Shown here: piece by piece, positions 28,835-39,742 of the stretch
How positions within the stretch are numbered: the stretch's first letter is position 1
Layout of the letters: each line of letters opens with the position of its first letter
From: an uncultured Clostridia bacterium
GTDB lineage: Bacteria; Bacillota; Clostridia; Christensenellales; UBA1242
Assembly (NCBI GenBank): GCA_944372365.1
Contig: CALVYP010000002.1
Span: 26,870 to 90,869 of the forward strand
Length of the DNA: 64,000 bases
Reading direction: 5' to 3'
Made by a program: the position numbers and the translations under genes
Notes under the pieces: generated by a model
The model's database searches: none
What the model was told of the DNA's origin: nothing
The model's input: only the letters and a program-made list of their open reading frames with translations

Positions 28835-31213
28835 ATGGAAGAGATAATTTACAAATCACTTGACGAAGTGCTGCACGATTCCATGATCCCTTACACCGAG
28901 CATGTTGTACTGGACAGGGCGTTGCCAAGGGTTGAAGACGGGCTTAAACCTGTGCAAAGAAGAATTCTTTATTCCATGCTGGAACTTGGCTTGCAGCCAG
29001 AAAAACCATATAAAAAGTCGGCAAGAATTGTGGGCGAGTGCATGGGCAAGTATCATCCACACGGCGACAGCAGTGTGTATGATGCCATGGTAAGACTCAG
29101 CCAAGATTTTGTGTTGCGCGCTCCGCTGGTTGACGGGCACGGAAACTTTGGCTCGGTTGACGGCGACAGCGCAGCGGCTATGCGCTACACAGAAGCGCGC
29201 CTTGCTCCGCTTGCTATGGAACTTTTGCGTGACCTTGACAAAGACACTGTTAAATGGAGTTTAAACTTTGATGATTCGTTAAAAGAGCCCGACATGCTTC
29301 CAGGCAGATTTCCAAACCTGCTTGTCAACGGCGCATCTGGCATTGCGGTTGGCGTGGCAACCAACATTCCGCCGCATAATTTGGGCGAAGTGATTGACGG
29401 CGTTGTGGCATACATCAACAATCCGCGCATCACCCTTGAACAGATGATGACGATAATCAAAGGCCCAGATTTTCCAACGGGCGGCGAACTGATTTTTGAA
29501 GACGGGCTTAAACAGGCGTATCAAACTGGCAAAGGTAAAATTATAATCCGCGCCAAAGTTGGCATTGAAAACAATGGCGACAGGTGCAATCTTGTGATCA
29601 CCGAACTGCCATATCAAGTCAACAAAGCCGCGCTCTTACAAAAGATTGTGGAACTTAAAGAAGCAAATAAAGATAAACTTTCGCCGATCAGTGAAATTAG
29701 AGATGAAAGTGATAAAAATGGAATGCGCGCCATCATCAGGCTGAAAAAAGAAGCCAATCCAAACAAAATTTTAGAGATTTTGTTTAAATCCACCAATATG
29801 CAAATTTCATATGCCATAAACATGGTGGCAATTGCTGGTGGCAAGCCGCGCCTTATGGGGCTTTTGGAAATAATTTCCTATTACGCCAACTATCAGCGCG
29901 AAGTGATTGTAAGGCGCACGCGTTTTGATCTTAACGCTGCAAAGGATAGGGCACATATTGTTGAAGGCTTGCTTAAAGCCATCGCAAACATCGACGCGGT
30001 TATTAAAATAATCAAATCAAGTCCAACAGTCACCGAGGCTAAGGCAAGGTTGAAAGCTAAGTTTGGCTTTTCCGAAAAGCAAACGCAGGCAATTTTGGAT
30101 ATGCGTCTTGCAAGGCTTGTAAATTTGGAAGAAGATAAACTTAAAGCCGAATTAAATGATCTCAATCAAACCATCGACAGATTAACCAAAATTTTAAACA
30201 GCAAAACTTTGCAGTTTGAAGTTGTAAAAAAAGAGATGCTTGAAATCAAGCGTGCATATTCAACTCCAAGAAGAAGCCATGCACTGAAAAACGCAGAAAT
30301 TCAAGTTAAGCAGGCAGTAAGCGAAGTGCCAACGGCACAAAACTATGTGATCGCACTGACGGCAGGCGGCACGGTTAAAAAAGTCAGCGCCAAAAACTAT
30401 GCTATGTCAAACAAAGCGCTTGGCGAAACCTCTACGCTCACCGATGTTCACACACAAGTGATAAACTGCACAAGTGCCAACACAATTTTAATTTTCTCAG
30501 ACAGAGGCAATGTAATCAAACTTGCCGCCGACAAAGTTAAAGAGTGCAAGTGGCGCGACAAAGGCTTCTCAATGGTGGAACTTGATGGCTCAGCGCTGCC
30601 AACCGAGCGTGCAATCAAAGTTTTGATTGCCTCCAAAAAGGGCGAAGTGCTTTTCTTCACGCGTTCGGGCATGATCAAGCGCTCGTCAGCGGAAGAAACT
30701 TTAACGCAAAAATCCTACTATCAAGCAGTTAAAGTGCAGGATAACGACACGCTTTTGAATGTTGAATATCTCGACCCAGCCAAAAAAGTGCTTATGCTTT
30801 CGGCTGACGGCATGAGTTTGGCTTTTGAAAGCAGCGAAGCACCTTTGCAAGGTAGAATTTCCATTGGCGTGAAGGGCATAAATATGGAAGATGGCGACAG
30901 CGTTGTGTTTGCAGGGCAGTTTGCACAAGATGATGTTGTAACCGCTTGCACAAGCGATGGATATTTGAAAAAGATTGCTTGCAAAAATTTTGCACTTTCG
31001 TCTAGATATCGCAAAGGGCTGAAATATTTTGCGCTCAACAGCGGAGCAAAGGTTGGCTATGCATGTTTGAACGATGTTTCAAGCATTATAGCGGTTGATT
31101 TCGGCTTAAAAATCTTGCCACTTGAAACCAAAAAATTTAAGCTCAGCGAAAGATTGACGGCAGGCGAGCTTATAATCAAAAAGAAATTTTTGGGCGCATA
31201 TTTATACTGCTAA
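28835..31213 (+). CDS. Type IIA DNA topoisomerase subunit A (ParC-like; no GyrA box seen)
   Basis: About 792 aa from MEEIIYKSL after the GGGGG SD. It has [10 protein letters not shown] and the active-site [11 protein letters not shown]. The C-terminal beta-pinwheel region lacks a QxRGGxG GyrA box. Confidence 0.9.
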   Translation: MEEIIYKSLDEVLHDSMIPYTEHVVLDRALPRVEDGLKPVQRRILYSMLELGLQPEKPYKKSARIVGECMGKYHPHGDSSVYDAMVRLSQDFVLRAPLVDGHGNFGSVDGDSAAAMRYTEARLAPLAMELLRDLDKDTVKWSLNFDDSLKEPDMLPGRFPNLLVNGASGIAVGVATNIPPHNLGEVIDGVVAYINNPRITLEQMMTIIKGPDFPTGGELIFEDGLKQAYQTGKGKIIIRAKVGIENNGDRCNLVITELPYQVNKAALLQKIVELKEANKDKLSPISEIRDESDKNGMRAIIRLKKEANPNKILEILFKSTNMQISYAINMVAIAGGKPRLMGLLEIISYYANYQREVIVRRTRFDLNAAKDRAHIVEGLLKAIANIDAVIKIIKSSPTVTEAKARLKAKFGFSEKQTQAILDMRLARLVNLEEDKLKAELNDLNQTIDRLTKILNSKTLQFEVVKKEMLEIKRAYSTPRRSHALKNAEIQVKQAVSEVPTAQNYVIALTAGGTVKKVSAKNYAMSNKALGETSTLTDVHTQVINCTSANTILIFSDRGNVIKLAADKVKECKWRDKGFSMVELDGSALPTERAIKVLIASKKGEVLFFTRSGMIKRSSAEETLTQKSYYQAVKVQDNDTLLNVEYLDPAKKVLMLSADGMSLAFESSEAPLQGRISIGVKGINMEDGDSVVFAGQFAQDDVVTACTSDGYLKKIACKNFALSSRYRKGLKYFALNSGAKVGYACLNDVSSIIAVDFGLKILPLETKKFKLSERLTAGELIIKKKFLGAYLYC

Positions 31214-31229
31214 AAATACAATCCAAATC

Positions 31230-31259
31230 AAAAAGCATGCTTTTATGCATGCTTTTTTT
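31230..31259 (+). terminator. Rho-independent terminator
   Basis: AAAAGCATGC-TTTTAT-GCATGCTTTT followed by further T residues. Confidence 0.65.
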
Positions 31260-31399
31260 GGCATATTTTGGCGCTTTTGATAATATGTTAAACTATCGCA
31301 ATTTCTTCGACAGCACTCGACTAAACTAGACAAGTTTAACCGCGCGCTTATTTTTGAAGAGAGCGACCAATTTAATATTATTAAAAGCGAGGTTTGCAC

Positions 31400-32164
31400 A
31401 TGCATTTTGCAGTTGTTAAATCAAGAACAATCAAAATTTTCATAGCCATGGTTATTGTTTGCATTTTGCTTGCAGTAAGTTTGAATGGCGCTAAGCTTGC
31501 CGAAGTGTTTTTTGGCTATTCCACACGCCTTGTGCCTGTTTATAGTGTGGAAACTGACAAAAAACAAGTTGCCATCTCGTTTGATGCCGCTTGGGGGGCG
31601 GATAAAACGCAGGGCATTTTGGATATTTTGAAAGACTACAATGTTTCGGCAACATTTTTCTTGGTAGGCTTTTGGGTGGATGAATATCCAGATATGGTTA
31701 AGGCAATAGATGAAGCGGGGATTGAAATTGGCACGCATTCAAACAAACATCCAGACATGGCAAAACTTGACGCGCAGCAGATAAGTCAAGAGCTTTGCAC
31801 CTCGGTGCAGAAGATTCAAAACCTCACCGGCAAAACAGTGGAGCTGTTTAGAGCGCCGTTTGGCTCTTACAACAACACGCTTTTGCAAGAGGCAGAAAAG
31901 CAAAATTTGATAACCGTGCAGTGGGATGTTGACACTCTTGATTGGAAGGGTTTATCTGCAACTCAGATGTGTGATAGAGTGATGAAAAACGTTAAAAACG
32001 GCTCGATCATTTTAATGCACAACAACTCTGACAACATCTTAGATGGCCTTACTATGATTTTGGATAGGTTGACTATGCAGGGGTATGAAATCACTTCGGT
32101 TGGCAAGCTTGTGTATCACGATGGCTATGAGATAGATCGAAATGGCGTGCAACACCTAAAATAA
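31400..32164 (+). CDS. Polysaccharide deacetylase (NodB homology domain, CE4), membrane-anchored
   Basis: N-terminal TM, then VAISFDAAWG, ATFFLVG, GTHSNKHPDM and LFRAPFG. These are NodB motifs, with the first DD motif changed to DA. Confidence 0.82.
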   Translation: MHFAVVKSRTIKIFIAMVIVCILLAVSLNGAKLAEVFFGYSTRLVPVYSVETDKKQVAISFDAAWGADKTQGILDILKDYNVSATFFLVGFWVDEYPDMVKAIDEAGIEIGTHSNKHPDMAKLDAQQISQELCTSVQKIQNLTGKTVELFRAPFGSYNNTLLQEAEKQNLITVQWDVDTLDWKGLSATQMCDRVMKNVKNGSIILMHNNSDNILDGLTMILDRLTMQGYEITSVGKLVYHDGYEIDRNGVQHLK

Positions 32165-32177
32165 AAGGAGAAATTTA

Positions 32178-32849
32178 ATGGAATACGAAAAGACAAATTC
32201 AGTTTATCTTTCTGGCAGGATATCGCAAGCGCCAAAATTTAGCCACGAACTTTATGGCGGAGAAAAATTTTATGTTTTCTATCTTGATGTTCAGCGCCTG
32301 TCAGGCAATGTTGACACGCTGCCGATCACAATTTCCGAGAGGCTTATGCAGCTGCAAAAATTTGCATTTGATTGTGGCACAAAAATTGATGTGTATGGCG
32401 AATATCGCTCGCACAATCAGGATGAAAAAAATGGGAAAAGCAAACTTTTGCTAAGCGTGCTTTGCAAGGATGTTGCTGCAAAAACTGCCGAGCATGATTG
32501 CAACAACATCGAACTTACTGGCTATATTTGCAAGCCGCCAATTTACAGAGAAACGCCATTTAAAAGGCAGATATGCGACATATTGCTTGCAGTCAACAGA
32601 CCGTTTTTTAAAAAGAGCGACTACATTCCTTTGATTGCTTGGGGCAGGAATGCACTGCTTGCAAAAAACTTTATGGTGGGTGACAAAATATCCGTGCAGG
32701 GCAGAATTCAATCGCGAATTTTTACAAAAATAATCGATGAAATTTCGTATGAAAAAACCGCCTATGAAGTAAGCATTCAAGATATATCAAATTATCAAGA
32801 AAAAATTGATGCACACATCAGTTTGCAAGAAAAAGAATTTAGTTTATAA
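32178..32849 (+). CDS. Tandem OB-fold, SSB-like protein
   Basis: 223 aa with two repeats of an SSB-like pattern (NSVYLSGRISQAPKF...GEKFYVFYLDVQRLSG..D and NNIELTGYICKPPIYRETPF...DILLAVNR). It lacks the acidic SSB tail. Confidence 0.45.
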   Translation: MEYEKTNSVYLSGRISQAPKFSHELYGGEKFYVFYLDVQRLSGNVDTLPITISERLMQLQKFAFDCGTKIDVYGEYRSHNQDEKNGKSKLLLSVLCKDVAAKTAEHDCNNIELTGYICKPPIYRETPFKRQICDILLAVNRPFFKKSDYIPLIAWGRNALLAKNFMVGDKISVQGRIQSRIFTKIIDEISYEKTAYEVSIQDISNYQEKIDAHISLQEKEFSL

Positions 32850-32887
32850 ACAAATTATTCGCCTTTAAAAATAAGGCGAATAATTAT

Positions 32888-34390
32888 TTATTTTATCAAT
32901 GGTTTTTGCATGGATGGCGGGATTGGAATATTTAATAATTTAAGCACAGTTGGCGCTATGTTTGCAAGAGCACCATGCTTTATTTTTAATTTAATTTTAT
33001 TTTTTGAAACAATTATAAACGGCACATCAAAAGTGGTGTGAGATGTGATTGGATTGCCAAATTTATCATACATAAGTTCGGCATTTCCATGGTCGGCGGT
33101 TATGATGCAAGTGCCGCCAGCCATAAGCGTGGCAAGCGCAATCGCATACGCCTGTTTATCAACGCACTCAGCCGCTTCTTTTGCCGAATTAAAGTTGCCA
33201 GTGTGGCCAAGCATGTCGGTGTTGGAATAATTGATCAACACAAAATCGTATTTTTGGCTTGCAATGGCATCCAGTGCGTCGTTGGTTATTTCCAGCGCGC
33301 GCATTTTAGGGTATGGCGCAAAATCTGTTGTTTTGATGCTTTCAATCAGCTTGCGATCTTCGCCTTTATATGGTTGTTCGATCGTTCCATTGAAAAAGAA
33401 AGTTACATGCGCATACTTGGTTGTTTCAGCAATGTGAAATTGAGTTTTACCCGCCTTAGAAATCAATGCGCTTAAATTATCTTCAATTTTTTCAGGTGGA
33501 AAAATGACGTTGACATTTTTAAGTTTGTCGTCGTAACACTCCATGGTTGTAAACAACAAGTTTTTAAAAGCTTTGGTTTTAAAGTGAGTGAAACTAGGGT
33601 CGGTGAACGCGCTGGTCAACTCGCGTGCTCGATCCGATCGGAAGTTATAAAAAATCACGCTGTCATCATTTTTGATCAGCCCATTTTTATCAATTAAAAC
33701 AGGCTCAACAAACTCGTCGGTGATGCCTTTTGCATAGCTTTGCTGCAACGCATCAATAGGGCGATCAAATTTTTCGCCTTTGCCGGCTGTGTAAAGATCA
33801 TATGCCTTTTTCAATCTGTCATAGCGCTGCTCTCTGTCCATAGCATAAACTCTGCCGATAATTGTTGCAATGCGTGCGTTTGTGCCGCTGATCATCTCTT
33901 CAACATCCTGCACAAAATATTGCCCGTGTGTCGTGCCAGTGTCACGGCCGTCGGTGATTGCGTGCACATAAACCTTTTCAAGATCATGGCTTTGCGCAAG
34001 CTGCAAAAGAGCTTGCAAGTGAGAGATGTGCGAATGCACGCCGCCATCCGACAGCAAACCAATCAAATGCAGCGCAGAATGATTTTTCTTTGCGTGTGAG
34101 ATGGCTTTAAGCAAATTAGGCAAGGTGAAAAAACTTTCGTCTTCAATGGCCTTGTCAATTTTTTTAAGATTTTGCAGCATAACTCTTCCTGCACCCAAAG
34201 TCAAATGCCCAACTTCGCTGTTGCCCATCTGTCCATCTGGCAAACCAACAGCTTCGCCGCTTGCTTTAAGCGTGCCGTGCGGATATTTGTGTTTTAGTTT
34301 TTTCAAAAAAGGCGTGCCGCTTGCCTTTATGGCGTTGCCAAAGCGCGACTTATTTATTCCAAAACCATCCAAAATAACAAGTGTAACCAT
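32888..34390 (-). CDS. gpmI: 2,3-bisphosphoglycerate-independent phosphoglycerate mutase
   Basis: 500 aa: LVILDGFG, NSEVGHLTLGAGR, ITADHGNAE. Confidence 0.95.
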   Translation of the reverse strand: MVTLVILDGFGINKSRFGNAIKASGTPFLKKLKHKYPHGTLKASGEAVGLPDGQMGNSEVGHLTLGAGRVMLQNLKKIDKAIEDESFFTLPNLLKAISHAKKNHSALHLIGLLSDGGVHSHISHLQALLQLAQSHDLEKVYVHAITDGRDTGTTHGQYFVQDVEEMISGTNARIATIIGRVYAMDREQRYDRLKKAYDLYTAGKGEKFDRPIDALQQSYAKGITDEFVEPVLIDKNGLIKNDDSVIFYNFRSDRARELTSAFTDPSFTHFKTKAFKNLLFTTMECYDDKLKNVNVIFPPEKIEDNLSALISKAGKTQFHIAETTKYAHVTFFFNGTIEQPYKGEDRKLIESIKTTDFAPYPKMRALEITNDALDAIASQKYDFVLINYSNTDMLGHTGNFNSAKEAAECVDKQAYAIALATLMAGGTCIITADHGNAELMYDKFGNPITSHTTFDVPFIIVSKNKIKLKIKHGALANIAPTVLKLLNIPIPPSMQKPLIK

Positions 34391-34438
34391 AATTTTCCTC
34401 TTGCAAAAATTTTAACAAACGCAAAGAGAAAAGTCAAA

Positions 34439-34831
34439 CTATTTATCGTCAAAATGCTCGTCAAACAAACTTATTTGCCTGTTTGATGAGTGATTGTGCT
34501 TGTCATAATCAAACTCGTCGTCATATCCGCTCTCTTCGCGGCGACGCTGCTCTTTTGAAGCTTCTATATTATGCTGCGAGTATGCTTCTTTGGCTTTTGC
34601 CAGACGCTTTTTCCTTGCTCCCCAAACATGTATGCTGCCTTTGTCAGCGATAAGTTTAATCACCAAAAACACAGCGGCTGCGCCAACAACAATGTAAATC
34701 AATCTAGAAAAAACGCTGCCTTGAAAGCCAAATATTCCCGCAACAAAATCATATTGTAAAAGGCCGATAAGCAGCCAGTTTATGCAGCCTGCAATGGTTA
34801 AAGCAAAAGCGATGAATGTAAGCATAGCCAC
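34439..34831 (-). CDS. DUF378-family small membrane protein with an extended charged C-terminus
   Basis: The N-terminal two-TM region IAGCINWLLIGLLQYDFVAGIFG matches the DUF378 signature. A tail of about 65 aa rich in K/R/E/D/H follows. Confidence 0.65.
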   Translation of the reverse strand: MAMLTFIAFALTIAGCINWLLIGLLQYDFVAGIFGFQGSVFSRLIYIVVGAAAVFLVIKLIADKGSIHVWGARKKRLAKAKEAYSQHNIEASKEQRRREESGYDDEFDYDKHNHSSNRQISLFDEHFDDK

Positions 34832-34895
34832 CTCCTTACAAAAATTAGTATGTCAAAGAAGCCAAGAAAAAATTCTTGAAAATTTTTATTTTTGG

Positions 34896-34924
34896 TTGAC
34901 ATTTTTTTTGCACATGCATATAAT
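34896..34924 (+). promoter_or_regulatory. Consensus sigma-A promoter of greA
   Basis: Perfect TTGACA, a 17-nt spacer, then a perfect TATAAT, about 30 nt upstream of the greA ATG. Confidence 0.65.
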
Positions 34925-34953
34925 AACGGTATTATGCTTTGGAGGGGATGACT

Positions 34954-35424
34954 ATGGCAGTAAAATATTTAACACCAGAAGGTAAAAAACAATTAGAAGA
35001 AAAATTAAACTATCTTAAAACGGTAAAAAGGCCAGAAGTTGTTAAAAAAATTGGCGCAGCGCGTGAATTTGGCGATCTTTCTGAAAACTCTGAATACGAT
35101 GCGGCCAAGGATGAACAGGCGCTTGTTGAACGCCAAATTGCAGAGATTGAAGACACTTTGCTTAACGGCATCGTTATAAATAAAAGCGACATTGACACAT
35201 CAAAAGTAAGCCTTGGCACAAAGGTTAAGCTTTATGATGAAGAATTTGATGAAGAAGTGGAATACAAAATTGTAGGCTCTGACGAAAGCGATCCAAAAGC
35301 AGGGCTTATCTCAAACGAATCGCCTGTTGGTGCTGCTTTGCTTGGGCATAAAAAAGGCGAGATGGTTGTGGTAAGCACTCCAAACGGAGAAGTTAGATAC
35401 AAAATTTTAGCCATTGCAATATAA
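34954..35424 (+). CDS. greA: Transcription elongation factor GreA
   Basis: 156 aa: LTPEGKKQLEEKLNYLK...REFGDLSENSEYDAAKDEQ. GGAGGGG SD. Confidence 0.95.
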   Translation: MAVKYLTPEGKKQLEEKLNYLKTVKRPEVVKKIGAAREFGDLSENSEYDAAKDEQALVERQIAEIEDTLLNGIVINKSDIDTSKVSLGTKVKLYDEEFDEEVEYKIVGSDESDPKAGLISNESPVGAALLGHKKGEMVVVSTPNGEVRYKILAIAI

Positions 35425-35497
35425 AATATTTAATTGAAATGTCGCAATTTTCTTGCCTAAAAATTTTGCTTTTGTTATAATTGATTTAGGAAAAGTT

Positions 35498-36424
35498 ATG
35501 ACATTTAAAAACTATTTAAAAATCTCGTTTGCAAATTTTGATAAAACGTGGAAACTGATTTTTTATCGCATCATCGTATGGGCTGTTGTGATCGGCTTGA
35601 TTGCGCCTTTTTACAATGTTTTAAAAGATGTTGTGGTTGAAAATTGGAACGCTTCTTTGGCGCAAGATTTTATTGGCGCAGGGTTGTTTTACGGCAAAAA
35701 CATAGCCATAACTTTTGCTGCAGTTGTTGATGTTGCTCTCAGCGCTCTTTCAATGCTGTTTACGCAAAACCTTGCAGCGGCAATTTACATTTGTGTTGTT
35801 TTGTTTGTTTTAAGGCCGTTTTTCATGAATATTGGCAGATATGTTGTCAATGAAATGATGTATGGCTATATGTCTTCTCATGCAAAACATGCTTTTTCTT
35901 CAACATGGGTTAGAACCATGAAAAAATCATCACTGTATGCGCTGTTTAGAACGCTTTTCTGCCTTCCATTCAATGTGCTTTGCGCAGGAGTTTTCTACTT
36001 GTTGCTTTGCGTAAACGGAAGCGAGTTTGCAGTTGCAATGCCATTTATATTTTTAATGATCGCCACAATCTTGCTATCAATCAAACATTTTCTTACAATG
36101 GGCTGGGCACCTGCGATGGTGGTTAGCGGCGAAAGCGTTTACAGTGCATTTGGCATAGGCATAAAAGCAGTTGCAAGGGGCGGAGCAAGATCGCTGCTGT
36201 TTTGCATTGCAACCTATTTTGTTGCGGTGTTGCTGGCGCTAGGGTTTGGAGTGATAAGCATCATCGTGCTTGTTCCAATTTTTAATGTGGTTAGCTCTAT
36301 GTTTGAAATCATGAACTTCTTCTCATGCCAAGGCATGCGTTACTATGTTGATAAAGACACAATTCTTTCATCAAAAAAACTTGAAGAACAAGACACAATT
36401 TCAAAAGCAAAATTTTTGTTATAA
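35498..36424 (+). CDS. Polytopic membrane protein (unknown function)
   Basis: About 308 aa from MTFKNYLK, with 6 or more hydrophobic helices. No motif recognised. Confidence 0.6.
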   Translation: MTFKNYLKISFANFDKTWKLIFYRIIVWAVVIGLIAPFYNVLKDVVVENWNASLAQDFIGAGLFYGKNIAITFAAVVDVALSALSMLFTQNLAAAIYICVVLFVLRPFFMNIGRYVVNEMMYGYMSSHAKHAFSSTWVRTMKKSSLYALFRTLFCLPFNVLCAGVFYLLLCVNGSEFAVAMPFIFLMIATILLSIKHFLTMGWAPAMVVSGESVYSAFGIGIKAVARGGARSLLFCIATYFVAVLLALGFGVISIIVLVPIFNVVSSMFEIMNFFSCQGMRYYVDKDTILSSKKLEEQDTISKAKFLL

Positions 36425-36497
36425 AACTTTTTTGCTGACATTCAAAATGCCTCGTCACGGCTTTTTGCCGTAAATTTTATAATTTAAAAGGAGAAAA

Positions 36498-38153
36498 ATG
36501 AACAATAAACTAAAAATCACCTTTCTTGGCGGAGTGGGTGAAATCGGAAAAAATATGACCGCCTTTGAGTATAACGATGAAATCATCGTGGTAGATGCAG
36601 GTTTAACATTCCCAGGCGAAGAGTTGCCGGGCGTGGATATTGTTATTCCAGACATCAGCTATCTTTTGGCAAACAGAGATAAGGTTAAAGCGATAATTTT
36701 AACACACGGGCATGAAGACCACATCGGCGCGCTGCCATTTGTTTTAAAGGATTTAAACGTGCCAATCTATGGCTCTCGCTTAACTCTTGCGCTTGTTGAA
36801 AACAAGATGAAAGAGTTCGACAAAATCAAATACAAAGCAATCTCTGTAAAGCCTAAAAATGTGCTTAAACTTGGCTCGTTTACGATTGAGTTTATCAAAG
36901 TCAGCCATTCCATAGCAGGCTCGCTTGCGCTTTGCATTTCAACACCTGTTGGAAATGTTATTCACACTGGTGACTTTAAAATCGATTTCGAACCTATCGA
37001 CGGTACGATGACCGATCTTGCACGCTTTGGCGAGCTTGGCAAGCGCGGAGTTAAACTTCTGCTTTGCGAAAGCACTAATGTGTGCAGAAAAGGCTACTCA
37101 ATGAGTGAACGTTCGGTTGGCAGAACTCTTAACACAATTTTTGAAAAAAATCAGTCAAAAAGGCTGTTTATTGCAACTTTTGCGTCAAACATTCATCGTT
37201 TGCAACAAATTTTGGAACTAGCTGAAAAGTATAAACGAAAAGTTGCATTCACTGGCAGAAGCATGATCAACATCAGCGAAGTGGCAATGAAAATCGGAGA
37301 GCTTAAATACAACAAGGATAACATCATCGATATAGACAAAGTGGATAAGTATGCCGACAGCGAGCTTTTAATCATAACCACTGGCAGCCAAGGCGAGCCA
37401 ATGAGCGCTCTCACAAGAATGGCGGCGGGCGAGTTTAAAAAAATTCAGCTTCGCGATAACGATTTGATCGTGTTTTCAGCATCGCCAATCCCAGGCAATG
37501 AAAAATCGGTTTATAATGTTATCAACGCGCTGTATAAACTTGGTGCAGATGTAATATATGATGAACTTGCCGATGTGCATGTGTCAGGGCACGCCTGCCA
37601 AGAAGAACTTAAAACCATCCACGCACTTACAAAGCCAGAGTTTTTCATTCCAATCCACGGCGAGTTCAGACACCTTAAAATGCATTCGCAACTTGCTCAA
37701 CAACTTGGCATGGAGCAGCGCAACATTCTTCTGCCAACGCTTGGCATGCAAGTGGAAGTTGGAGCAAACTCAATCAAGCAATCAGGCTTTGTTACGGCAG
37801 GGCAAAGGCTTGTTGACGGCATTGGAATTGGCGATATGGACAGCAATGTGCTTAAAGAGCGCAAGCAGCTTTCAGAAGAAGGCATTTGTGTGGTGGTTGT
37901 AAACATCAACAATGTCAGCGGCTGCGTTTCAAGCGAGCCGTTCATCATCACCCGCGGCGTGGTTTATCAAGACGAGATGGAAGCGTTTGTGCAGGATGCA
38001 AAGGCGGCAATCATCGCGTCGCTTAAAGAGCAGGATTTACGCGGTGCAGAGCCAGCAGTGATTAAAAACACGATAAGGCGCAATGTTTCAAACTTTATTT
38101 TCAAACGCACCAAACGCCGTCCAATGATTTTAACAATAGTGACGCTAGACTGA
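36498..38153 (+). CDS. rnj: Ribonuclease J
   Basis: 551 aa. Metallo-beta-lactamase/beta-CASP with THGHEDHIG and an overall RNase J pattern. Confidence 0.93.
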   Translation: MNNKLKITFLGGVGEIGKNMTAFEYNDEIIVVDAGLTFPGEELPGVDIVIPDISYLLANRDKVKAIILTHGHEDHIGALPFVLKDLNVPIYGSRLTLALVENKMKEFDKIKYKAISVKPKNVLKLGSFTIEFIKVSHSIAGSLALCISTPVGNVIHTGDFKIDFEPIDGTMTDLARFGELGKRGVKLLLCESTNVCRKGYSMSERSVGRTLNTIFEKNQSKRLFIATFASNIHRLQQILELAEKYKRKVAFTGRSMINISEVAMKIGELKYNKDNIIDIDKVDKYADSELLIITTGSQGEPMSALTRMAAGEFKKIQLRDNDLIVFSASPIPGNEKSVYNVINALYKLGADVIYDELADVHVSGHACQEELKTIHALTKPEFFIPIHGEFRHLKMHSQLAQQLGMEQRNILLPTLGMQVEVGANSIKQSGFVTAGQRLVDGIGIGDMDSNVLKERKQLSEEGICVVVVNINNVSGCVSSEPFIITRGVVYQDEMEAFVQDAKAAIIASLKEQDLRGAEPAVIKNTIRRNVSNFIFKRTKRRPMILTIVTLD

Positions 38154-38740
38154 TGAAATTAAACCAAATAAAACAACTCTCTAAAACAAAATATCTGCCA
38201 ATAATACGGCCAGAAAGCCAAAAAATTGTTTGCCAAATTTTGCAAGCGGGCAATGTAAAGCGCATCCTAGAGATCGGCACATTTTATGGTTATTCTGGCA
38301 GTGTTATGCTTCTGTCAAGCCCAAACGCGCACCTGATAACCATAGAAAAAGATGCGCAAAACGCCGAAATTGCAATGCAAACTTTTGTTGATGAAAAACT
38401 TGTTGACAGAGTGAGGCTTATCCAAGAAGACGCCTTAGTTGCGCTTGAAAAACTTGTTTTGCAAGGCGAAAAGTTTGATTTTATTTTTCTTGATGGTGCG
38501 AAGGGGCAGTATTATAAATATTTTGCATATATAAAATCATTGCTTGAAGTTGGTGGCACTCTGGTTGCCGATGATGTTGATTTTCATGGCTATATGATTC
38601 AAAATCAAGTTAAGCATAAACATCGCACAATTGTAAACAACCTTAAAAAATTTATAAAGCTTGTAACGGATGACGAAAGTTTCGAAAGCAAAATTTTAAA
38701 TATTGAAGACGGGCTGCTGATTGCCCGAAAAACCAAATAA
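38153..38740 (+). CDS. Class I SAM-dependent O-methyltransferase (TrmR/YrrM-like)
   Basis: ILEIGTFYGYS SAM-binding motif and FDFIFLDGAK. The start overlaps the rnj stop. Confidence 0.75.
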   Translation: MKLNQIKQLSKTKYLPIIRPESQKIVCQILQAGNVKRILEIGTFYGYSGSVMLLSSPNAHLITIEKDAQNAEIAMQTFVDEKLVDRVRLIQEDALVALEKLVLQGEKFDFIFLDGAKGQYYKYFAYIKSLLEVGGTLVADDVDFHGYMIQNQVKHKHRTIVNNLKKFIKLVTDDESFESKILNIEDGLLIARKTK

Positions 38741-38788
38741 AAAGTCGCTTTGTTTGGTTTTTTTTATTTTTTTTGATAAAATAATCAT

Positions 38789-39334
38789 ATGAAATTTGAG
38801 GTTGACATCATTGTTGGGTTGCAAAGTGTGGCAAGCGCAGGCTTGACGGTTTTTTTTGAAATTATTTCGCTTTTAGGCAGCTATCTTGGCTTTATAATTG
38901 TATTTTTGATTTTTTTCATATTGCGTCGTAAACTTTCATATGTTTTTGGTGTATGTTTTTTAGGCGGCGTTGGGCTTAACTATATTCTCAAAGTGTTAAT
39001 TGGCAGAGATAGGCCGTATGTGGCACATCCTGAAATTGCCAATCTTTCCAACACCTTGGGCGAAAGCATGCCGTCTTCTCACGCCCTGTGCGCGATTATT
39101 TTGGCAATCTTTGTGTGTTATTTTGTGTTTACATCAACCAAAAAACCTCTGCCGAGAATAGTTGCTGCAACCGGCATGAGCATTCTTGCAGCGCTAACTT
39201 TTGTTTCAAGGCTATATTTAGGCTTGCATTATTTGACAGACATCCTTCTTGGGGCTATAATAGGGGCGATAATCGCATGTATGGGGATTATCTGGATGCA
39301 AAAAAGGAAGGTGAAAGATGCTAAGCAAAAGTGA
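38789..39334 (+). CDS. PAP2-family phosphatase (undecaprenyl-diphosphatase-like)
   Basis: Acid phosphatase motifs KVLIGRDRP, PSSHA and SRLYLGLHYLTD in a polytopic membrane protein. Confidence 0.8.
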   Translation: MKFEVDIIVGLQSVASAGLTVFFEIISLLGSYLGFIIVFLIFFILRRKLSYVFGVCFLGGVGLNYILKVLIGRDRPYVAHPEIANLSNTLGESMPSSHALCAIILAIFVCYFVFTSTKKPLPRIVAATGMSILAALTFVSRLYLGLHYLTDILLGAIIGAIIACMGIIWMQKRKVKDAKQK

Positions 39335-39740
39335 AAAGCAAACATTAGATATTGCATGCAAATTTGCAAAGCAGATTAAAAATCCGTGCATAATTTTGTT
39401 GCAAGGCGATTTGGGTGCGGGCAAAACTCATTTTGTTAAAGGCTTTGCCAAAGGCATGAAATGCAAAATGCTTGTCACAAGCCCAACTTTCACAATAATG
39501 AACATCTATGAAGGCGGCAAAATGCCAATCTATCATTTTGATTTATATCGTCTAACCGACTCGCAAGAAGCCACGATGCTGGGCTTTGAAGAATACTTTA
39601 ATCATGATTCACTTGACGGAGTCAGCATTGTCGAATGGCCGCAACAGGCCGAAGAGTTGGTAAATCAATGGGATTATAAAATCGACATTCAAAAGATTGA
39701 TGACAATCAAAGGCAAATTCAAATTACTAAAAGGGGATAA
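39318..39740 (+). CDS. tsaE: tRNA threonylcarbamoyladenosine biosynthesis ATPase TsaE
   Basis: 140 aa. P-loop GDLGAGKTHFVKG and the pattern SPTFTIMNIY...HFDLYRL. Confidence 0.85.
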   Translation: MLSKSEKQTLDIACKFAKQIKNPCIILLQGDLGAGKTHFVKGFAKGMKCKMLVTSPTFTIMNIYEGGKMPIYHFDLYRLTDSQEATMLGFEEYFNHDSLDGVSIVEWPQQAEELVNQWDYKIDIQKIDDNQRQIQITKRG

Positions 39741-39742
39741 AA

